A stretch of 64,000 bases of DNA, taken from assembly GCA_036504355.1 (NCBI GenBank), contig DASXVG010000087.1:25257-89256 (forward strand). Reading direction: 5' to 3'. Below, one piece after another: positions 44,232 to 53,228 of the stretch (positions are counted from its first letter, which is position 1; each line of letters starts with the position of its first letter). This DNA comes from Candidatus Limnocylindrales bacterium. Lineage in GTDB: Bacteria; Chloroflexota; Limnocylindria; Limnocylindrales; CSP1-4. Made by a program: the position numbers and the translations under genes. A model generated the notes under the pieces. The model did not search any database. It worked only from the letters and a program-made list of their open reading frames with translations, and had not been told where the DNA came from.

Positions 44232-46457
44232 ATGCCCGGCAGCGAGCTCGTGCCCAGGATCGACCTGCGGCCGCTGTTCGCGCCGCGCTCGATCGCGGTC
44301 GTCGGCGCCAGCCCGCGCTCGGCCCTCGCCCTCACGGTCCGGGACAACCTCCGGCGGATGGGCAGCGAGACGCGCTGCTGGTTCGTCAACCCGCGCTACG
44401 AGGAGATCCACGGCGAGCCGGCGTACCCCACGCTCGGCGACCTGCCCGAGCGCCCGGACACGGTGATCCTCGCCGTGAACCCGCTGCGCGCGACCCGCTT
44501 CGCCCTGGAGGCGGCCGAGGCCGGCGTCCCGAGCCTTGTCATCCCGGGCGGCGGCGTCGTCGAGGGCGGCGAGGCGGCTGCGACGATGCAGCGCGAGGTC
44601 CGCGACATCGCGATCCGCCACGGGATCGCCCTCCTGGGCCCGAACTGCATGGGCATGGTCGACTGGACGACGAACGCCACGAACTACATCGGGGACGTGA
44701 ACCCGTGGCTCAGGCGGGGACACATCGCGGGGATCGCGCAGTCGGGGAGCGTCACCGACGCGTTCATCCACGCGCCCGGGACGCGGATCGGCTACAGCCG
44801 GATCGTGAGCGTCGGCGCGGAGGTGGTCCTCGATCTGTGCGACTACCTCGCGTACTGCCTCGACGACCCTGAGACACACGCCGTGATGCTGTTCGTCGAG
44901 GGCTTCAAGCGGCCTGAGCGCTTCCTCGCGCTCGCGGACCACGCGCTCGAGCTGGGCAAGCCGATCCTGGCCGTCAAGGTCGGCCGCTCGCACCAGGCGC
45001 GGGCCGCCGCGATCGCGCACAGCGGCAGCCTCGCGGGCGAGGACCGGGTGACGGACGCCGCGCTCGACGCCGTCGGCGTGATCCGGTGCGACGACCTCGA
45101 CGAGCTCCTGGAGGCGGCCGAGCTCGTTGCCGGGATGGGCAGGCTGGGGCGGGGAATCGGGCGCGGGCGCACCGGCGTCGTGACGGTGTCGACGGGCGAG
45201 GCGTCCCTCGTTGCCGACCTCGCGGCGCGCACCGGGCTGGACCTGCCCCCGGTCCCGGACGCGGCGCGTGACGCCATCCTGCGCGACCTGCCCACGATGG
45301 GGTACGTCGCCAACCCGCTGGATCCGTGGGGAGCCGACGAGGCACCCGCGGCCTATGCGGCAGCCTTCGAGGCGCTCGCTGCCTCGGCTGCCTACGACGT
45401 CCTCGCGATCGTCCACGACTCGCCCTTCCGCGACCTGCCGTCCGAGGTCGACGTGGCCCGGGACGTCTCGCAGGCCCTCATCGATGCGACGGCAGGTCGA
45501 CCCGGGATCCTCCCCGTCTACGTCTCGCTGACCTCGGGCGACATGAGCGGGGAGACGAAGGCGACCCTCGACGCGGCGGGCGGCATGCCCATGCTGCGGG
45601 GCGCGCTCGAGGCCTTCGGCGCGATCGGGCGGCTCGCGTGGTGGGAGCGGCGCCGGGGGGCGCGAGCGGGCGACCTGCCGCGCCGCCCCGGCTGGGCGGC
45701 CCTCGCAGCGAGCCGGCTGCCGTGGGGCATGGACGACACGCTGGATCCGCTCTCGCGGGCGGCCGCCGCACCGACGAGCGTCGCGCTGCCCGAACGCGAG
45801 AGCCTTGCGCGGCTCGCGGCGGCCGGCGTGCCCGTGACACCCGTGCGCGCCGTCCCCGGGGACGATGGTGGCGACGGCGCCGTTGCCGCCTGGCGTGAGC
45901 TCCGGGCGCAAGGGGTCGTCCTCAAGCTCGATGCCGTTGGCCTGGCGCACAAGACCGAGGCTGGCGGGGTGCGGCTCGGGCTCTCGGACGAGGCCGCGAT
46001 CCGCGCGGCGGCGAGCGAGCTGCGGGACGTGGCGGCAGCAGCGGGCATCGAGATGCGCGGGCTGCTCGTCGAGCCGATGGCGGCGCCCGGCGTCGAGCTC
46101 ATCGTCGGCGGCCGGCGGGACGCCGTGTTCGGACCCGCGGTCCTCGTCGGGCTCGGCGGGATCCTGGCCGAGGTGCTCGACGACGTCGCCGTGCTCCTCG
46201 CGCCGGTCTCGGCGGCCGAGGTCCGCGAGCGCCTGGGAACGCTCCGCGCGGCGCCGATCCTCCACGGCGTCCGTGCCCAGCCGGGCGTCGATCTCGACGC
46301 GCTCGCCGCGTTCGTCGTCGCGATCGGAGACCTGCTGGTCGCCGACCCGTCCGTCGTGGAGATCGACTGCAACCCGGTGATCGCCGGCCCGCGCGGTGCC
46401 GTGGCGGTCGATGCCCTGGTCGTCGAGGACGTCGACGGGTCGTCGCCGACGGCATAA
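44232..46457 (+). CDS. Acyl-CoA synthetase (NDP-forming), fused CoA-binding plus ATP-grasp
   Basis: The start is MPGSELVPRIDLRPLFAPRSIAVVGAS. A ligase-CoA domain (GPNCMGMV) and a C-terminal ATP-grasp domain (VVLKLDAVGLAHKTEAGGVRLGL) are present. Confidence 0.75.
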   Translation: MPGSELVPRIDLRPLFAPRSIAVVGASPRSALALTVRDNLRRMGSETRCWFVNPRYEEIHGEPAYPTLGDLPERPDTVILAVNPLRATRFALEAAEAGVPSLVIPGGGVVEGGEAAATMQREVRDIAIRHGIALLGPNCMGMVDWTTNATNYIGDVNPWLRRGHIAGIAQSGSVTDAFIHAPGTRIGYSRIVSVGAEVVLDLCDYLAYCLDDPETHAVMLFVEGFKRPERFLALADHALELGKPILAVKVGRSHQARAAAIAHSGSLAGEDRVTDAALDAVGVIRCDDLDELLEAAELVAGMGRLGRGIGRGRTGVVTVSTGEASLVADLAARTGLDLPPVPDAARDAILRDLPTMGYVANPLDPWGADEAPAAYAAAFEALAASAAYDVLAIVHDSPFRDLPSEVDVARDVSQALIDATAGRPGILPVYVSLTSGDMSGETKATLDAAGGMPMLRGALEAFGAIGRLAWWERRRGARAGDLPRRPGWAALAASRLPWGMDDTLDPLSRAAAAPTSVALPERESLARLAAAGVPVTPVRAVPGDDGGDGAVAAWRELRAQGVVLKLDAVGLAHKTEAGGVRLGLSDEAAIRAAASELRDVAAAAGIEMRGLLVEPMAAPGVELIVGGRRDAVFGPAVLVGLGGILAEVLDDVAVLLAPVSAAEVRERLGTLRAAPILHGVRAQPGVDLDALAAFVVAIGDLLVADPSVVEIDCNPVIAGPRGAVAVDALVVEDVDGSSPTA

Positions 46458-47400
46458 GGGGTTGCGCCGGCGCCTCGCCAGGTCGTGGCGCTCCCTGGGG
46501 CGACGCGAACCCGTTGAAGCCGTCCGTCGGCAAGATTTTGACGATCGTGGGCGAGTAGGCGACCGGATCCACCGACATCGACCTCACGACCGTCGACGGC
46601 ACCGCGATCCGCAGCGAGGGCAAACCCGCGTGGGCGGGTAGTTGGAAGGTCGTCGGCAAGGCGCACCCGGGCTGGGGACAGTGGAAGGTCGACAAGCAGG
46701 CCGCGAGGGCCGCCGCCGGGCATGGAGGCCGCCCTGGGCAGGCCCCGGGTCCCCCGAGCGGTCGCCCGACGACTGATCGGCAAGCGTCCAGGCCGCAACC
46801 GCGGTGTCACTTTGCCGACACTTGCGCCCAACCGACCACGAGCGTGCATTAAGGATATTGACCTATTCGATCTGCGGAGCCACACTCCGGCTCCGCACGA
46901 CGTGACGACGGGGGTCCGGCGTCTGTGGAGGCGCTGGTCGGACCAATCGGGGAACCAGGTTCCGACACGAGCGACAGGTGCGAATTCAGGGCCGTCGCAT
47001 GCGGGTGGGAACAACGTTTGGACGCCATACGCCAATGGTCGGCGCGTGGCCCGCTGTCCCCGCGTGCTGCCCACGTTCCCATCCCATGGCGGTCCCAGCG
47101 ACCGGACGTGGGTCCTCCGTGCCCTGAACACGGGGGACCTGCGCCTACTCCTTACGTAGGCGTGCTGCCAGCACGCTCGCCGGCGCGGCATTCGCGCCCC
47201 GGACTCATGGCGGCACCACCCGCCGCCACCGTCAACGCAGTTCGGACGTAGGAACCACAGGAGGGATCGATAGATCAGAGCGCTGCAGCCCAACCGGTCG
47301 TGAACGGGGAAGCACACCGGTTCGCCAGGGACCTGTGTGAACAGGCCGAGTCCTTCTTCCGGGAACAAGGATCGACAGAACAGGATCCAAACGAGAGGGA

Positions 47401-50373
47401 GTGCGCATGAACAGGCGCAAGCTACTGACGGCGGGCGCGACTGCGATGCTCGTCGCCGGGACACTGGTGTGGGGCGGCATCGCCCTGGCATCAACCACGA
47501 CGAGCCTCTTCGAGCTCGAGGGCAACGCGGTCGTTGACCACGCCGGGACCGCCAAGCCGGACGACTGGGCAACCGTCTACGGCGGCACCGCGAACACGGA
47601 CGTCACTTCGTTCGTGGACGACCGTGCCATCAGCGTCGACTGTGCGACCGGCGGCAACAACTGCTCCATCTTCACCGGCGGCGGGTCCAAGGACCCACAG
47701 AAGATCAGCCAGTGGGCGTGGAAGACCGACACCGGCGGCCTGCCCGACAAAGACAATCTCCAGCACGGCTTCGCCGCCCGGTATTCGCTGCCGTCCAGCA
47801 CCGAGTGCCCGGGGCCGGTGGGTGACATCAGCGGTACGACCAAGTGCGAGATGCTCTTCTTCGGCAACGACCGCTTCGACAACAGCGGCGACGCCCAGCA
47901 GGGCTTCTGGTTCTTCCAGGACGCCGTCGCGCCGAACGCGGATGGCAGCTTCGCGGGCGTCCACATCAACGGCGACCTGCTGCTGATCAGCGACTTCAGC
48001 ATCGGCGGCACGGTCTCGACGATCACCGTTTACACGTGGGACGACACCTGCCTCAAGGCGTCGGGCAACACTCCCGCGGTCGGGACGTGCGGCGACGCGA
48101 ACCTGCGTGTGGCTGCCACCTCGACCAGCGCCAAGTGCAGCAGTGCAGTTGATCCGGCGCTCACGGGCTTCTGCGGCATCGTCAACCCCGCCAACGGCAC
48201 CGTCTCGCCGTGGCCGTTCGTCGACAAGACGACCATCAACGCCACGACCCATCCGGCGAACACGTTCCTCCAGGGCGAGTTCTACGAGGGCGGCGTCAAC
48301 CTCAGCTACCTGAACCTCCAGAACGAGTGCTTCGCCTCGGTTGCCTCGGAGACCCGTTCCTCGCAGTCGACCACGGCGACCCTCAAGGACTTCGTCCTCG
48401 GCTCGTTCGGCCACTGCGACTCCGGGATCGTCACGACCCCGCAGACCGGTGCTGGCGGCACGATGACCGATCACAGCAACCCCGCGAACGGCGTCATCGA
48501 CGTCTCGATCGGGACCGGCACAACCTCCGTCCGTGACCACGCGGTTGTCACCGTCCCGAACGCGGCCACCTGGGTCGGCAGCGTCCAGTTCAGCCTGTGC
48601 GGCCCGCTGGCCCTCGGCTCGACCTCCAACTGCCAGGCCGGCGGCGTCGCGATCGGCTCGCCCGTCGCGGTGAGCAACACGACCCCGACCGCCGATTCGG
48701 CCGCGACGACCCTATCCAAGGTCGGCCGCTACTGCTGGCGCGGCGACTTCACGTCGACCACGACCGGGGTCTCCTCGAGCCACGACCCGAACAACGCCAC
48801 CAGCGTCACCGAGTGCTTCGAGGTCCTGCCGGTCAAGCCGACGCTCGCCACCCAGGCGAGCGGCGCCGTCGCCGTTGGCGGCACCGTGAGCGATACCGCG
48901 ACGATCAGCGGCACGGCCAATGGGCCGGGCTCAGGCGGCCTCGGTGTCGGCGGGACGATCAACCCGACGACCCCCGGCGCTCCCGCCGGCGGGAACATCA
49001 CCTGGAAGGCATACGGCCCGAACGACTGCTCGACCGTTGCGCTGGATTCCACGTCGCGGCTGATCAGCGGCGACGGAACCTACCCGACAAATGCGCAGTC
49101 AACGGTCAGCTTCACGGCGACCGCAGCGGGCACCTACACGTTCGTGGCGTCCTACGCCGGCGACAGCCCCAACACGCTTGGCGTCGCCGAGTCGGCGTGC
49201 CCTGACAAGACCGGGACCGAGACGGTCACGGTCGGCAGCTCCGGCATCGTCACGACCCCGCAGAAGGGCAACGGCGATGCGATGACGGACAACAGCGACC
49301 CGGCGAACGGCGTCATCGACGTCTCGATCGGGACCGGCACGGTCTCCGTCCGTGACCACGCCGTTGTCTCGGTGTCCGGGTTCACCACCTGGGCCGGCAG
49401 CGTCCAGTTCAGCCTGTGCGGCCCGCTGGCCCTCGGCTCCACGTCCAACTGCCAGACCGGCGGCGTCGCGATCGGCTCGCCCGTCGCGGTGAGCAACGCG
49501 AGCACCGCGGCGAATTCGCCGGCCACGACCCTGTCCAAGGTCGGCCGCTACTGCTGGCGGGGCGACTTCACGGCTACCACTACCGGTGTCCCGAACAGCC
49601 ACGACCCCAACGACGCCACCAGCGTCAGCGAGTGCTTCGAGGTCCTGCCGGTTCAGCCGACGCTCACCACCCAGGCGAGCGCGGACGTGATCCTCGGCAA
49701 CCCGATCAGCGACACCGCGACAATCAGCGGCACGGCCACCGGGCCTGGCTCTGGCGGCCTGGGCACCGGCGGCACGATCAACCCGACGACCCCCGGCGCT
49801 CCCGCCGGCGGCACCATCACCTGGACCGCCTACGGACCCGGTGACTGCAGCACGGTGGCGATGGCCGCGACCTCGCGGACCGTCAGCGGCAACGGGACGT
49901 ACCCGACCGTGAGCCAGACGGGCGTCAGCTTCACCCCGCTGTCCCTGGGCACTTACACCTTCGTGGCCTCGTACAGCGGCGACAGCCCGAACACCCTGAG
50001 CATCGGCAACTCCGCCTGCCCGGATGCATCGAGCAAGGAATCCGTCGACGTGACCGGCACCTCCAGCCTGTCGACGGCCCAGGACTGGCTTCCCAATGAC
50101 ACGGCCACCCTCACCGGTGACGCGAACCTCAACGGCTCGCTCACGTTCACCCTCTACAACGACAACACGTGCGGCACCACGGGCGGCACGGACCAGTACC
50201 ACGTGACCCAGACGATCGCCAACGCGACGTCGGGCAGCACCTTCAGCACAAACAACACCACTGTCAAGGCCACCGCCACCGGCGACTGGTCCTGGAAGGT
50301 CAGCTACACCGACAACAACCTGACCTCGCCTTCCGACTCTTGCGAGAAGACCTCGATCACCATCAACAACTGA
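47401..50373 (+). CDS. Large secreted Cys-rich tandem-repeat protein with a TasA/SipW-type signal peptide
   Basis: The 990-aa protein begins MRMNRRKLLTAGATAMLVAGTLVWGGIALA. A roughly 330-aa N-terminal domain is followed by 2.5 tandem copies of a roughly 276-aa module (SGIVTTPQ..GVIDVSIGTGT..SVQFSLCGPLALGSTSNCQ..YCWRGDF..ECFEVLPV..DCSTVA..GTYTFVASY.GDSPNT). There is no LPXTG sortase signal. GC content is lower than in flanking DNA. Confidence 0.75.
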   Translation: MRMNRRKLLTAGATAMLVAGTLVWGGIALASTTTSLFELEGNAVVDHAGTAKPDDWATVYGGTANTDVTSFVDDRAISVDCATGGNNCSIFTGGGSKDPQKISQWAWKTDTGGLPDKDNLQHGFAARYSLPSSTECPGPVGDISGTTKCEMLFFGNDRFDNSGDAQQGFWFFQDAVAPNADGSFAGVHINGDLLLISDFSIGGTVSTITVYTWDDTCLKASGNTPAVGTCGDANLRVAATSTSAKCSSAVDPALTGFCGIVNPANGTVSPWPFVDKTTINATTHPANTFLQGEFYEGGVNLSYLNLQNECFASVASETRSSQSTTATLKDFVLGSFGHCDSGIVTTPQTGAGGTMTDHSNPANGVIDVSIGTGTTSVRDHAVVTVPNAATWVGSVQFSLCGPLALGSTSNCQAGGVAIGSPVAVSNTTPTADSAATTLSKVGRYCWRGDFTSTTTGVSSSHDPNNATSVTECFEVLPVKPTLATQASGAVAVGGTVSDTATISGTANGPGSGGLGVGGTINPTTPGAPAGGNITWKAYGPNDCSTVALDSTSRLISGDGTYPTNAQSTVSFTATAAGTYTFVASYAGDSPNTLGVAESACPDKTGTETVTVGSSGIVTTPQKGNGDAMTDNSDPANGVIDVSIGTGTVSVRDHAVVSVSGFTTWAGSVQFSLCGPLALGSTSNCQTGGVAIGSPVAVSNASTAANSPATTLSKVGRYCWRGDFTATTTGVPNSHDPNDATSVSECFEVLPVQPTLTTQASADVILGNPISDTATISGTATGPGSGGLGTGGTINPTTPGAPAGGTITWTAYGPGDCSTVAMAATSRTVSGNGTYPTVSQTGVSFTPLSLGTYTFVASYSGDSPNTLSIGNSACPDASSKESVDVTGTSSLSTAQDWLPNDTATLTGDANLNGSLTFTLYNDNTCGTTGGTDQYHVTQTIANATSGSTFSTNNTTVKATATGDWSWKVSYTDNNLTSPSDSCEKTSITINN
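48421..50040 (+). repeat. Tandem direct repeats of 828 bp (two full copies plus a partial) inside the 47401 gene
   Basis: The copy starting about 48421 and the copy starting about 49249 share long identical runs, for example GCGAACGGCGTCATCGACGTCTCGATCGGGACCGGCAC and TGGGCCGGCAGCGTCCAGTTCAGCCTGTGCGGCCCGCTGGCCCTCGGCTC. Confidence 0.7.
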
Positions 50374-50427
50374 TGTAGCGAGCAGCCCTGCCGGGCTGAC
50401 GAAGCCGGCATCGCTCCGACACGAGAA

Positions 50428-50453
50428 GAGGCCCCGGCATCCGCCGGGGCCTC
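50428..50453. terminator. Bidirectional intrinsic terminator between convergent genes
   Basis: GAGGCCCCGG-CATCCG-CCGGGGCCTC forms a 10-bp perfect stem. It is flanked by an A-rich 5' side (ACGAGAAGAG) and a T-rich 3' side (TCTCTGCTTGTCT). Confidence 0.55.
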
Positions 50454-50495
50454 TCTGCTTGTCTCAGTTGCCCTTCCGGGCAATGGCTCTCGCGC

Positions 50496-50939
50496 CTAGC
50501 CGCCGACTGCATAGGTCAACGTCGTCGCGGTCCCGGAGAGCACTGCGGTGCAGGTCGCCGCGCCGCCGGTCCACGCGTCCGACGAGAGCTTGATGTTCCG
50601 CGCGGCCGGCCAAAGATAGCCGCTGTACCAACCCGCCCACGTCGTCAGGACGGTGGTTCCGTTCTGGACACAGTTCGTGGTGATGTACGGGTTGGCGACC
50701 GTCACCTTGGACACATCGTAGGTGATCGTGTCCGCCCAGTTGGCGCTCCCGTTCCCGTTGGCGTCGATCACCATGGCAACAGTGAAGGATCCTCCGCTGA
50801 CCGTGTTTCCTTTCTTGCCGCCGCCGCCCCTCGCGGCGAGCGTCGTGCCCGCGACGAGCACGACGAGCATGCTCGCGATCAGCAGGCCCTCGAGGAGCGC
50901 GAGGAGTGAGTGGGCGGTTGCGCGTCTGACGTGGTTCAT
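50496..50939 (-). CDS. Small exported protein with a TasA/SipW-cognate-like signal peptide (roughly 147 aa)
   Basis: The internal start reads MNHVRRATAHSLLALLEGLLIASMLVVLVAGTTLAARG. A beta-rich domain follows (TITYDVSKVTVANPYITTNCVQNGTTVLTTWAGWY). It lies convergent with the large repeat protein. Confidence 0.55.
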   Translation of the reverse strand: MNHVRRATAHSLLALLEGLLIASMLVVLVAGTTLAARGGGGKKGNTVSGGSFTVAMVIDANGNGSANWADTITYDVSKVTVANPYITTNCVQNGTTVLTTWAGWYSGYLWPAARNIKLSSDAWTGGAATCTAVLSGTATTLTYAVGG

Positions 50940-51549
50940 CGTTCGAGACCTCCGTGTCCCAACACTTGTCCGCCCTGAACGGCGCTCTGCGTCGGCCCGG
51001 CTCTTGCGGGCGACGCTCATGCGTGCCCCGCCGGGGTGATTCGGCCGCGTCTGTCGCGGCCTGCTGAAGCTGGTAGATGGCGTACCCGCACCCTACGCGC
51101 GGGCACGCATTGGTCAAATGGCCGCTTCGTTCGCCGGTTGCGGGTACCTCTCGGGTCCCGCAACCACCTGAACCCACCATCACCCGACCGCACCCATTTC
51201 ACACGGTGCCGATCGGCACCATGAACGTGGGTCGCGATGCCCAACGATCCGGGACGTGGCGGCGCGAAGCTGTCACGGGCGGCGCGGAGCCCTCCGATTG
51301 CGGCGGGTCTTGGCGCGCGGCCCCTCGCGAGGAGGAGGCCAGGCGTACGGCTCGGGTCGCGGCAGTAGCCGCGCCTCGTGGTCGTCGTCGGCCGCCCCTG
51401 AAGCGCCCGAGAGGTCGCGGCAGGCCGATCGAGGACCAGCGAGCGCGCCGAGTGCAACCGTACCCTAGAGCGCGTTTTGACGCGACCCGGGGCGATCCCG
51501 CGATGTCAGGAATCCCTTGCAATCTCGCGACTCGGGCGTGATTGCTCCT

Positions 51550-52278
51550 TCAGTCCACCGTGTCGCCCGGCCTCCAGTCGTGGACCTGCGCGGTCCCGCC
51601 GCGGGCCGCGATCGCGTCCGCGAGCTGCTGCGGGGTGCCCGCGAGCAGCGGGAAGGTGCCCCAGTGGATCGGCAGGACGTGGGTCACGCCGAGCAGCTCG
51701 GTCGCGAGGGCGGCGCCGGTGGGGTCCATCGTGAAGTGCCCGCCGATCGGGAGGATCGCGAGGTCGGGGCGGAACAGCTCCCGGATGAGCGCCATGTCGC
51801 CGAATGCCTGGGTGTCGCCCGCGTGGTAGATCCGGAAGCCGTTCTCGAGCTCCACGACGAAGCCCGCGGGCTCGCCGAGGTAGACCGTCGTCTCGAGGCC
51901 CGGGTTCCAGTCACCCGCGGAGTGGTCGGCGCCCGTCATCGTGACCCGCAGGCCCGCGACCTCTGCGGTGCCGCCCTTGTTCATGCCCGTGACCTGGTCC
52001 ATTCCGCCGGGGAGGCGCCGGGCGAGCCACAGGCTCATCTCGTGGATGCACGGCCAGGCGGGCCGCAGGCGCGCGGCGAGCGAGACGGCCTCGCCCATGT
52101 GGTCGCCGTGCCCGTGGGTGACGAGGAGGAGGTCCAGCCGCTGCTGGGTGTCCGGCGTGCGCGGGCTGTTCGGGTTGGTGAGCCAGGGGTCGAACAGGAT
52201 CGTCTTGCCGCCCGGGGTCACCACCTCGACCGCGGCGTGGCCGAGCCAGGTGAACGTCGTGTCTCGCCCGATGGCCAT
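51550..52278 (-). CDS. UPF0173-family metal-dependent hydrolase (MBL fold)
   Basis: The sequence reads FTWLGHAAVEVVTPGGKTILFDPWLTNPNSP...LLLVTHGHGDHMG. Confidence 0.75.
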   Translation of the reverse strand: MAIGRDTTFTWLGHAAVEVVTPGGKTILFDPWLTNPNSPRTPDTQQRLDLLLVTHGHGDHMGEAVSLAARLRPAWPCIHEMSLWLARRLPGGMDQVTGMNKGGTAEVAGLRVTMTGADHSAGDWNPGLETTVYLGEPAGFVVELENGFRIYHAGDTQAFGDMALIRELFRPDLAILPIGGHFTMDPTGAALATELLGVTHVLPIHWGTFPLLAGTPQQLADAIAARGGTAQVHDWRPGDTVD

Positions 52279-52379
52279 CGCTGCCTCCTGCTCGTGTGGG
52301 GTACGGTCCGTGCGGCCATTATCGGCGCCCAGGACGATGCCCGGCTGGTCCGGACGCCCGTGACGGCTACACTCCGGCC

Positions 52380-53219
52380 GTGCCCGCGCAGCAGATCGCC
52401 TCGACCCTGCCCCTCATCAACTGGACCGTCCTCACCGGTCTCGCCGTCGGGTCGTTCGTGGTCGTGGTCCTGGCGCGGCTAGCCACGCCGGCGACCAAGG
52501 GATTCCTGGCGTTCACCGCCGCGTGCGCCGCCGGGTTCGGCATCCTCGCGTACCTCTCGGACACGAGCCTGCCGGTCATCGGCGCGGACGCGGTCGTGAC
52601 CGGCGATCCCACGTACGACGTCCCGCGGCGCGCGGCCCTCGTGGCGTTCGTGGTCCTCGCCGCGCTCTCGATGCTGCTCATCGCTCGTGGCCGGCAGGCG
52701 CGCCTCGTGCTCCTTGCGGGGCTCGCTGCTGGTCTCCTCACGCTCGTGCTGGGCGCGCTGACCTGGGGTGGCGGCCCGCTCGGCGCGATCCCGCTCGCCG
52801 TCCAGCTGCTGATCCTCGCGGCCGCCACCGGCGGCGTGTTCGCGGCGATGATCCTCGGCCACTGGTATCTCGTGACGCCCAAGCTGCCCGAAGGGCCGCT
52901 CGTGATGGTGTCGCGACGGCTGATGTGGATCGTCGCGATCCAGCTCGCGCTGTTCGTGGGCTGGGTGGGCTTCGGGATCGGGCCGGGCGCCACCGGCGGG
53001 CCGTTCGCGGCGCTCGTCGGACCGTACGCGCTGTTCGTGTGGCTGCGGCTCATCGTGGGCCTCGTGTTCCCGCTCGTCGTCTCGTGGGCGGCGCTCCAGA
53101 CGGCGAAGACGCGCTCGATGGAGAGCGCGACGGGGCTGCTGTACATCAACGTCGGCACGATCACGTCGGGCACGATCCTCGCCGCGGGGCTGTACTTCGG
53201 CGCCGGCCTGCTGGTGTAG
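52380..53219 (+). CDS. Polytopic membrane protein (hypothetical)
   Basis: The protein has about 8 TM helices. The GTG at about 52380 is preferred over the track start at 52296 because the intervening sequence looks non-coding. Confidence 0.45.
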   Translation: MPAQQIASTLPLINWTVLTGLAVGSFVVVVLARLATPATKGFLAFTAACAAGFGILAYLSDTSLPVIGADAVVTGDPTYDVPRRAALVAFVVLAALSMLLIARGRQARLVLLAGLAAGLLTLVLGALTWGGGPLGAIPLAVQLLILAAATGGVFAAMILGHWYLVTPKLPEGPLVMVSRRLMWIVAIQLALFVGWVGFGIGPGATGGPFAALVGPYALFVWLRLIVGLVFPLVVSWAALQTAKTRSMESATGLLYINVGTITSGTILAAGLYFGAGLLV

Positions 53220-53228
53220 GGTGCCCCG

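Noticed and set aside
52296-52379. N-terminal extension (MGYGPCGHYRRPGRC...) of the membrane protein ORF
   Set aside because: It is Gly/Pro/Arg-rich, overlaps the divergent promoter region of the UPF0173 gene, and comes before a better GTG start at the first TM helix.
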